A DNA stretch of 64,000 nt from a virus (taxonomy: Duplodnaviria > Caudoviricetes): the IMG/VR virus record IMGVR_UViG_3300027983_002389; one strand, given 5' to 3'. A program made the translations under genes and the position numbers. Shown one piece after another: positions 56,965 through 64,000 of this stretch (position 1 is its first letter; every line of letters begins with the position of its first letter). Below the pieces are notes generated by a model. That model ran no database searches, was not told where the DNA came from, and saw only the letters and a list, made by a program, of their open reading frames with translations.

Positions 56965-58371
56965 ATGTTTACTCTAATGGAAGCATACGAAGCACTGAAT
57001 GGTCACGACGAATTTGCCGTAAAGGTTTACGACGGCAAAGTTTCGTTTGATTACATCGTTATTTTTCCGGGGTCTTTTGATGCCACCGAGGACGAAATTC
57101 GGCATCGTGCTTATCTCCTGTGGGAGCAAGCTGGTGGTCCGGTTATAGACGCTGCACAATTCTGGCTACAAGCAGAACGAGATATTAAGCATTTTGCTCA
57201 CCTTCGTCGTAATTTTCGTGGCGTTACTTTTGACGTAGCAACCGGCGAAATGATTTCGTTGCCACTCCATAAGTTTTTTAACGTCAACCAAATTCCAGAA
57301 ACTCAATATGATGTTATCAAGCATCATGATGCTGTTATCTATGAGAAGATGGATGGGACGATGATTCACTTCTTCCTGCATAACGGGAAGTTGGAGGCTG
57401 CAACCTGTCGTTCGACGCATCACCCATTGGCACATGAAGCCTTGGCCTTGGCTAAGAAGAATGGCATTGATGGAATGATTGTCGATACCATCAAGAATGG
57501 TTGGACGCCAATCTTTGAATTTGTTGCTCCGCATAATCAAGTTGTGGTGCAATATGCTGAACTACGTTTGGTGCATCTGGTATCTCGTGAACGCAAATCA
57601 GGGAAATATCATTACGATAATTCTTTTCCTGATAAGGCACGGCGTTTTGAATTTAAGTTTGGTCAGGTTTTCAATAACCTAGATCATACTGAGTTCGAGG
57701 GATATGTTTGTCATTTGCCAAATATGGTTGTCAAAGCAAAGACTCCCTGGTACATGGAACGTCACCGGGCTGTAGACGCTTTGATGCGCCCGGCATACAA
57801 ACTGTACAGAATCGTATTCGATGGTCTGATGGACGACTTGATCGCCATTGCCACCGAGCCTTACAAGCCAGCACTTCGTAAGGTTTACGAAGAGGCGCAA
57901 CGTGATCTTCTTAATGAGAAGCGGCGAGTCGAGGCAGAATTTGCCGAGGTTGAGGAACTTTCTGAAAAATCTTTGACTCTAACGGACGAACCAAATCCGT
58001 TGACCGATTTGGAGAAAGAAGTCAATCTCCTGAAGGATCAAGACAAGCGTTTGGGCGCAATCAAGCGGGTTCGTGAATTCACTGGACTTGGCTTGAACGA
58101 GTCGAAGGCTTATGTTGAGCGTGGTGTGTGGCCACACGGTTTCATTCGTCGTGATGAACAAGAATTTGAGGCACGTCGGCTGATTCGCAACAAGGGTGGC
58201 TTTGCTGATCTTGTTCGAGAAAAGTATCTGGACGACTTCAATCTCATCATGGCCTTGTATCAAGGGCGTGATCCTAGCGATGGGATCAAAGAACGGCTGA
58301 TGGAGGTTTATCGTGCCAAATACCCCCAAAAACTCTACGCCAAACTTGAGGATAAGAATGAAGATGGGTAA
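56965..58371 (+). CDS. T4 Rnl1-like RNA ligase with DUF2934 and bL12-CTD-like insertions
   Basis: FRGVTFD, PLHKFFN, YEKMDGT, FEFV.P.N..VV.Y, EGYV, K.K..WY...H. Confidence 0.85.
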   Translation: MFTLMEAYEALNGHDEFAVKVYDGKVSFDYIVIFPGSFDATEDEIRHRAYLLWEQAGGPVIDAAQFWLQAERDIKHFAHLRRNFRGVTFDVATGEMISLPLHKFFNVNQIPETQYDVIKHHDAVIYEKMDGTMIHFFLHNGKLEAATCRSTHHPLAHEALALAKKNGIDGMIVDTIKNGWTPIFEFVAPHNQVVVQYAELRLVHLVSRERKSGKYHYDNSFPDKARRFEFKFGQVFNNLDHTEFEGYVCHLPNMVVKAKTPWYMERHRAVDALMRPAYKLYRIVFDGLMDDLIAIATEPYKPALRKVYEEAQRDLLNEKRRVEAEFAEVEELSEKSLTLTDEPNPLTDLEKEVNLLKDQDKRLGAIKRVREFTGLGLNESKAYVERGVWPHGFIRRDEQEFEARRLIRNKGGFADLVREKYLDDFNLIMALYQGRDPSDGIKERLMEVYRAKYPQKLYAKLEDKNEDG

Positions 58372-58397
58372 CATGGAAGGCACTCATAAGGAGCGAT

Positions 58398-58667
58398 ATG
58401 CCAAAGTTTAAGGTGATGAGCGGCGAGTTTGAGGTCGTGGTCAACGAGAAGACGCTCCGATCGGCTGGCGACTTGGCGGTTCAGCTTCACAACAAGAGCA
58501 ATCATCCCAGCAAGCTGGGAGAGTTGACCTTGGTGGAAAAGCTGAACCGCCAGAGCCAACCCACCGGGGATCATATCTTTATTTCCACTCAAATTTTGCT
58601 GGATGAAAATACTGCGGGTTTAGGTGGAGATACAGGTCAATACTCTCGAATTGAGGAAGAAGAATGA
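58398..58667 (+). CDS. hypothetical protein
   Basis: AAGGAG SD; coupled to the Nudix gene. Confidence 0.6.
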   Translation: MPKFKVMSGEFEVVVNEKTLRSAGDLAVQLHNKSNHPSKLGELTLVEKLNRQSQPTGDHIFISTQILLDENTAGLGGDTGQYSRIEEEE

Positions 58668-59317
58668 TTCAGATCAATGGCGTGTCAAAAGTAACTGATT
58701 TCAAGTGGCTCAATCTGTATGACGTGGATTTTACCACGAGAGACGGAAAGCAAGGACACTGGACATTTGCTAGTCGCAAGACGCCACAACCAGCAGGATC
58801 ACCACTCGTCGCCGACGCTGTTGTGATTATTCCACTGCTCAAAGACGGTCGCAAACGGAAGCTGGTCAGCATTAAGGAATTTCGTATTCCCCTGGGCGAC
58901 TACGAATATGGTTTTCCGGCTGGTCTATATGACCACAAGGAAACAGCCGAGGCCGTTGCCAAGCGTGAGTTGAAAGAGGAAACGGGACTCAAGCTGACGA
59001 AGGTTCTTTATGTCAGCCCTGCTTGTGTTTCTTCGGCTGGTCTTTCTGATGAATCTGTGGTGTATGTCGTTTGTGAATGCACTGGAGAGGTCAGCAATGC
59101 TGGCAATGAGGGTTCAGAAGATATTGCAGTTCAACTTCTCGATATTGATGGTGTTCGAGCGCTCCGTCAATCTCCCAACAAGATTTCTGCCAAAGCCATT
59201 ACTTTCCTGTTGATGTTCGACGCCATGAATAAGATCGCTTGGCCAAAACATCTTCGTCAGGAACAGCCAAAAAAGGCGAAGAAAGAAACTCTACAAACGG
59301 CTGATCCTGTGGTATGA
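58664..59317 (+). CDS. Nudix hydrolase (ADP-ribose pyrophosphatase-like)
   Basis: EFR.P, FPAG...E....A.RELKEETG, SAG.SDE. Confidence 0.9.
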   Translation: MIQINGVSKVTDFKWLNLYDVDFTTRDGKQGHWTFASRKTPQPAGSPLVADAVVIIPLLKDGRKRKLVSIKEFRIPLGDYEYGFPAGLYDHKETAEAVAKRELKEETGLKLTKVLYVSPACVSSAGLSDESVVYVVCECTGEVSNAGNEGSEDIAVQLLDIDGVRALRQSPNKISAKAITFLLMFDAMNKIAWPKHLRQEQPKKAKKETLQTADPVV

Positions 59318-59342
59318 TATAACCACGAAAGGTGGTGATATC

Positions 59343-59720
59343 ATGTCTTGTTTAACTGATGACAAAAACACATTGGGACTGGTTCGAGTCGAAACCGACA
59401 AGGTTATTCTCGCTTGCAACAAGATGCTGAAAAGCATTTACGATTATCGTTCAGATGCTCGTCGAGAGTATTGCCGACAATGGTTGACCGCTGCCACCAA
59501 AAGGTGGCAGCGGTTTTGGCGTTTTTTTGGGTTTCGCAAACCCGTGTTGAGAGATGCTTTGGAAAACTTTTATGGCGGGCAATTTCCTACATCTTTTGAT
59601 GTGAGTATAAAATTCGGTCTTCAAGAGCGAAATTGCAAAGATTTGCTTCGAGCCGCCAAAGCAACAAACAACTCAACAATGTGGATTTCTACCGAAGGTG
59701 TAAGAACCTGTAGGCTGTAA
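59343..59720 (+). CDS. hypothetical protein
   Basis: SD and promoter-like sequence upstream. Confidence 0.55.
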   Translation: MSCLTDDKNTLGLVRVETDKVILACNKMLKSIYDYRSDARREYCRQWLTAATKRWQRFWRFFGFRKPVLRDALENFYGGQFPTSFDVSIKFGLQERNCKDLLRAAKATNNSTMWISTEGVRTCRL

Positions 59721-59721
59721 T

Positions 59722-60210
59722 ATGAATCAAATTGATGAACTAGAGACTGCTGTGCATCATGCAATTCAATCTGATTCTAATGCGATAGAATCTAGCTATA
59801 AACCTATTAAAGTTGGTGATATTGTTCGCATTGAATCTCGCAAACAAAATGGATCGCTGACGGCAACTGGTTATTGGCGTGTATTGGATTTATATCCACA
59901 ATATTTTTCTCAAAAACGCCTAGACGAAATTGCTGCCGATGTTGAATACTTTCGCTCAAGTGATAGACCAAGAGACAAAAAGTGGGCAGAAATTTTAATC
60001 ACATGCTATGGAGATAAGGTGGTTGGCGATAAAGACTCGCCACACTTATGGTGTGAAAAAGTAATGTCTGAGAACTATGTTGTGATTCAACGAAAAATAC
60101 GTCAGCAATTTGAATCTACAGATTGCACTAAAGTCACACGCATGTTTGTTTCTGAGCTTTATCAAGATACGATAGCCAAATTGGAATTTTTGTTGCCAGA
60201 TAGCGAGTAA
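59722..60210 (+). CDS. hypothetical protein
   Basis: Tightly packed ORF. Confidence 0.55.
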   Translation: MNQIDELETAVHHAIQSDSNAIESSYKPIKVGDIVRIESRKQNGSLTATGYWRVLDLYPQYFSQKRLDEIAADVEYFRSSDRPRDKKWAEILITCYGDKVVGDKDSPHLWCEKVMSENYVVIQRKIRQQFESTDCTKVTRMFVSELYQDTIAKLEFLLPDSE

Positions 60211-60213
60211 ACC

Positions 60214-60774
60214 ATGTTGGATAAACTGCATGAGGCATTGGAGCTATTGCCCTCGATACTCACCAATCGAGAAGCCTGGGACAGCCTTATTGTAAACCGT
60301 AGGAAGCCGTACACCTACAGAGTGTTCACAACTCTGCCAAACGGTCTTCGGCTTTGTCTTCACAAATTCGATCCGTGTCATACACACGAAGCATTTGCTC
60401 ATCCTCATCCGTGGCCTGGGTCATTTGCAATACTTCAGGGCAAATACAAGATGAGTGTTGGGTATTCCTGCAACGGGCGTGAAGATTCCACGCCTGCTGA
60501 AGTGGCAACATTTATTCTTGGCAAGCATTCTTGTTATGAGATCATCAATCCGTTGACATGGCACGCTGTCATTCCACTGGAGCCAACCTACACGGTGATG
60601 GTCAATGGTTCGCCGTGGGATACCGAGACGTTTGCCCACAAGGACGTAAGGACGACCAAGGGAAAAGACTTGGATAAAATGCCTGAGCCGGAGTTGTTTG
60701 AACATTTGGGCATTTTCAAACGGCTTGTGGCTGATTGGCTTGATTCGCAATGTCTGAACACAAGAATCAGTTGA
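60214..60774 (+). CDS. cupin-fold hypothetical protein
   Basis: RLCLH, HPHPWP..F.IL.G.Y, WH.V.P. Confidence 0.6.
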   Translation: MLDKLHEALELLPSILTNREAWDSLIVNRRKPYTYRVFTTLPNGLRLCLHKFDPCHTHEAFAHPHPWPGSFAILQGKYKMSVGYSCNGREDSTPAEVATFILGKHSCYEIINPLTWHAVIPLEPTYTVMVNGSPWDTETFAHKDVRTTKGKDLDKMPEPELFEHLGIFKRLVADWLDSQCLNTRIS

Positions 60775-60781
60775 GGACAAC

Positions 60782-61306
60782 ATGAGTCTGCCAGTTCTCA
60801 ACGACACAATTGAATGTGATTGCACCAAATGTATTTCGGCTTGCAAAAAGAAGCCGGGTTGGTTCTTGCAAGAAGAAATTAAGCCTGCTGCTGAATTGCT
60901 TGGTTTGACCGAACAGGAATTATTTAATCAATACCTGTCGGTTGATTATTATTATGTCGATCCGAGTTCATTGCTGTTTGTATTGTCCCCAGCAACCCTA
61001 AATACCACGCCAGGAAAAGAGTTCCCATTGGACCCTAGTGGGCAATGTGTCTTCCTTACTGAAGAGGGTAAGTGTTTAATTCATGCTGCCAAGCCGTATG
61101 AATGCAAATCATACGATCACAGAAAGAAAGACGAAGATCGAGACGAAGCATCTGGTCAACATCTAGCCGTTGCTGAGTCTTGGGTTCCTCATAAAGACTA
61201 TATTGCCAATCTATTGAGTCGAGAGCCAGAAGTGGCAACACCGAACCCATTGGAGATGTTGCAATTCTCTTTGACACTCTTTGGCACATTGTTGGGCAAA
61301 ATATGA
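60782..61306 (+). CDS. YkgJ-like Cys-cluster (Fe/Zn-binding) protein
   Basis: C.C..C...C, CVFL...KC.IH..KP..C. Confidence 0.75.
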   Translation: MSLPVLNDTIECDCTKCISACKKKPGWFLQEEIKPAAELLGLTEQELFNQYLSVDYYYVDPSSLLFVLSPATLNTTPGKEFPLDPSGQCVFLTEEGKCLIHAAKPYECKSYDHRKKDEDRDEASGQHLAVAESWVPHKDYIANLLSREPEVATPNPLEMLQFSLTLFGTLLGKI

Positions 61307-61713
61307 AACTTTCAGAGACTAAGTTTCGAGTAATGTTCAATGAGCATTTGCTCAATTTACTCGAACTTAAAAAAGAACAAATTGCTTGGATCGCTCGTGA
61401 AGCGGCCAATATGATGACCACGGACAAGTGGGAGTCCAATGTCGAAGCCCAATTGATGGACGAAGAGTTGGATTGTTGGAAGCATGATATAGTCACACGA
61501 GACGGTGGCACCATTCTTCTTGAAGGCGTGCCATATCCGAAAGGCTTTTTGGTATTGTGGACGCCAGATCATTTTCAGACGTTACCACAACCAGGAAATC
61601 CTGAAACAAAATACATGGATTTTCCAGATGACTTTGTTGATTTGCTTGACAAGGATCGAAAAGAGCTAGGCGTGTTCAGACTAGGCGAAGGCGTTGATTA
61701 TGGTCGAAAATAA
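61303..61713 (+). CDS. hypothetical protein
   Basis: ATGA-coupled ORF. Confidence 0.55.
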   Translation: MKLSETKFRVMFNEHLLNLLELKKEQIAWIAREAANMMTTDKWESNVEAQLMDEELDCWKHDIVTRDGGTILLEGVPYPKGFLVLWTPDHFQTLPQPGNPETKYMDFPDDFVDLLDKDRKELGVFRLGEGVDYGRK

Positions 61714-61918
61714 ACCCTGCAAGCCTGATCACAATGGCGAGTGTCTAGTGTGTGATTGCTGGTTGACAGAATGCGCACTAGACAGATTGCGAGTGGGCGA
61801 CTTCAAGTATGAAACCTTGGACGAACTCTTGGCAATGTTCAAGGATCACTTAACAGAAGACGAAGTTCGCAATTTGCGAAATACGGGACAAACAAATGAG
61901 CAAGATCACACTGCATGA
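61700..61918 (+). CDS. hypothetical Cys-rich protein
   Basis: C.PDHNGECL.CDCW...C. Confidence 0.55.
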   Translation: MVENKPCKPDHNGECLVCDCWLTECALDRLRVGDFKYETLDELLAMFKDHLTEDEVRNLRNTGQTNEQDHTA

Positions 61919-62906
61919 TAAAGTTCGGGGTAATTTCTTGGGTGTCGCTATTGGCGATGCTTTAGGCAAGCCCGTCGAAATGTGCAAGCCTGCATATATC
62001 GCCGATAAATATGGTCGAATCACAGATTACTTGGACTGCTCCAGTCACAAGTATTTTGAGAACGACCACAAAGGCACTACAACCGATGACTGGCAGCTTA
62101 CCAAGGCCGTCGCTCGTGCCATGATTACGACTGGCAAGTTCGATCTGGACGAAATTGCCGTTGAGCATGGCAAGGAATTCGCCATTAGCGTTCGTGGTTG
62201 GGGCGGATCGACGAGAGAGGCCGTGGCTCGTATTGTTGAAGGAATTCACTGGAAGGAAGCTGGCAAGACCACCGAGAAGAATCGTGGCCTGGGCAATGGC
62301 GTTTCCATGAAGGCATCACCAGCAGGGCTTTATATGGCTCTGACAAATCCCAATTGTGATAATCCTCCTTGGGATGAGCATGTTAAAAATATCGTTGATA
62401 TGGCGATCATGACGCACTACACCAGTATTGCTGTGACCAGTGGGTTGGCTCACGCATTTGCCACGTTGAAATGTTTTTGCTCCACTCCTGAAACCTTTGA
62501 TCCTAAAGCCTTTGTGAATATCATTATTGGCGCTTCTCAGTTGGGACGACAGCATTGTCCTGGCACTCTCAATGACGATATGCAGAATCGTTTTGAGCGT
62601 TTGAAGAAGCCATATTCTCCTCAGAGTATTATAGACCCTGAAGAGTTTGGTGGCGGCTCTTGCTATGTTTATGACAGTTTGCCGTTTACATACGCATGGT
62701 TCCTTCGTGATCCTCAAAGCATTGAGAGTCTATACGACTGTGTAAGCGCCGGTGGCGATGCCGATAGCAACGGGTCGATGCTTGCCGGGCTGTTGGGTGC
62801 ATTGCACGGAGCCAGTATTTTTCCTCAGCATTTGGTCGATGGATTGAAGAACAAAGACGAAGTTCTGGAAATCGCCGACCAGTTCTATGCCAAATTCACC
62901 AAATAG
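61896..62906 (+). CDS. ADP-ribosylglycohydrolase (DraG/ARH family)
   Basis: G.AIGDALG.P.E, TDD, GNG..M, TH, GGDADS...AG.LLGA. Confidence 0.92.
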   Translation: MSKITLHDKVRGNFLGVAIGDALGKPVEMCKPAYIADKYGRITDYLDCSSHKYFENDHKGTTTDDWQLTKAVARAMITTGKFDLDEIAVEHGKEFAISVRGWGGSTREAVARIVEGIHWKEAGKTTEKNRGLGNGVSMKASPAGLYMALTNPNCDNPPWDEHVKNIVDMAIMTHYTSIAVTSGLAHAFATLKCFCSTPETFDPKAFVNIIIGASQLGRQHCPGTLNDDMQNRFERLKKPYSPQSIIDPEEFGGGSCYVYDSLPFTYAWFLRDPQSIESLYDCVSAGGDADSNGSMLAGLLGALHGASIFPQHLVDGLKNKDEVLEIADQFYAKFTK

Positions 62907-62982
62907 GTCGAACCAAATGCCAAGATTGCTCTCTATGCCAAATTCACCAAATAGGTCGAACCAAATGCCAAGATTGCTCTCT
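62884..62982 (+). repeat. 48-bp tandem duplication that doubles a GGTCGAACC-N14-CTCTCT motif
   Basis: Unit 62884-62931 repeated at 62932-62979. Confidence 0.95.
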
Positions 62983-63139
62983 TAGCATTTGTAACGAGTT
63001 GGACTTTACAACCCGACAAAGACGTGGTAGAATCAATCATTCATCGGGAAATGAGATTGTTGGCCCGGCCTCGCAATGAGCGGTAAGGTCCGGTAAATTT
63101 GTCAACTGTTTCGTTCCCACTGCTGGAGTTGTGAATAAA

Positions 63140-64000
63140 ATGGCTGTTTCCAAATCGACGACTGGACGAAACAAGAATGCTGGTGCTGCTGCTAGGGTGT
63201 TGGGCGCACTGGCCGCTCTCGCACCGACCACGGCAAAGCCCAAGGCTGGCAAACCCACGAAATGGGAAATGGAACTTACTCCCGAAGCCCGTGCCGACGC
63301 CGAGCGTTGGGTCAACGGTAAGACGGTGTTGGAACCCGTTGAGAAGCGTGTTGAAAACGCCAAGAATGACTTCATCGAGTATGCTCTCGACGTGATGGCC
63401 GACAAGCTGTTCACGAACAAGACCAAGGCGAGCAACCCGCTCGTGATCTTGAAGAAGGAAGATGGGAAGACTGTCGATCATCAGTTCCAAGTGACGATGA
63501 CCGACAAGTTCAAGTATCGGTTCCCGGACGTGGCAGAAGGCACCGACCCTCGTGACCACTTCGTCGAAGTTTTTCAGAATGTCGGCCTGCATCCGAACGA
63601 TGCTGAGAATCTGGTTGATACCGAACTGGACTTCAACCCGATCACTGGCTTCCGCACGTTGACAGAATTGTTGGAAGGGCGATACGGCGAAGGTCGTGAG
63701 TGGATTGACTCGTCTGCCGAAGACAAGACCGCAGGTGGCAAATTCGCTGCTCTGCTCATGTGGGACGGCACTGGCGATGCCCCGGAAGCCCTTTCTCTCG
63801 AAGAGAAGATGCTGGTTATTCAGAGAAGCCCTGGCTTGACGGTCAAGGCAGGGTTCTACGACCGAGTGGCAACCTATTGCCAGAACAAGGACCAACTGCT
63901 GGGTGTATTCAAGGTGATTCAGCCGATCATCTACCCGGCTTATGCAAAGTTTGCCCTGAACGACACGGAGACGGACAAGACTCGTCGCAAGATCGAAGCT
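63140..64000 (+). CDS. hypothetical protein (3'-partial; absent from the ORF track)
   Basis: GGAG SD; MAVSKSTTGRNK...; frame appears open to the window end; long minus-strand ORFs here are its shadows. Confidence 0.75.
   Translation, partial: MAVSKSTTGRNKNAGAAARVLGALAALAPTTAKPKAGKPTKWEMELTPEARADAERWVNGKTVLEPVEKRVENAKNDFIEYALDVMADKLFTNKTKASNPLVILKKEDGKTVDHQFQVTMTDKFKYRFPDVAEGTDPRDHFVEVFQNVGLHPNDAENLVDTELDFNPITGFRTLTELLEGRYGEGREWIDSSAEDKTAGGKFAALLMWDGTGDAPEALSLEEKMLVIQRSPGLTVKAGFYDRVATYCQNKDQLLGVFKVIQPIIYPAYAKFALNDTETDKTRRKIEA

Noticed and set aside
35022-63895. Long minus-strand ORFs (35022-35636, 39522-40268, 55507-56082, 63041-63895)
   Set aside because: Antisense shadows of codon-biased plus-strand genes, with no motifs or start signals.
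1-64000. Genome-wide stop-codon reassignment, suggested by a phage-encoded release factor
   Set aside because: Conserved genes are uninterrupted in code 11 and end naturally at TAA, TAG (csrA, ARH) and TGA (PARP, prs); no suppressor tRNA is seen in this window.

Overview
This window looks like a gene-dense, mostly plus-strand segment of a large (jumbo/huge) T4-like bacteriophage. The host is probably a planctomycete; this is inferred from two CsrA genes, a BON-like protein, DUF2934 modules and the style of the sigma factor. It holds no structural-gene module. Translation and RNA functions include truncated GluRS and ArgRS, MetRS, Pth2, an RF1-type release factor, tRNAs, Ro60/TROVE, two RNA ligases and PNK/phosphoesterase-type enzymes. 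NAD+/ADP-ribose functions include WGR-PARP, ADP-ribosylglycohydrolase, Nudix, OGFr-like, SLOG, CinA-NMNAT and Prs. It also encodes ClpX, an ARC/Mpa-like ATPase, a sigma factor, and HNH and LAGLIDADG nucleases. The main finding is that the RF1-type (PxT, GGQ) release factor has no ATG/GTG/TTG upstream of its conserved N-terminal block and appears to need a +1 frameshift at CUU-UAG-C from a short leader ORF, mirroring the prfB CUU-UGA-C autoregulatory switch on the amber codon. Other highlights are a circularly permuted Y-RNA-like tRNA mimic after Ro60, an Rnl1 ligase with DUF2934 and bL12-CTD-like inserts, three promoter classes including an invariant GGTCGAACC-N14-CTCTCT motif, several AUA-related tRNAs, and genes bracketed by exact direct repeats. 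All family assignments come from reading motifs by eye; no database search was run.
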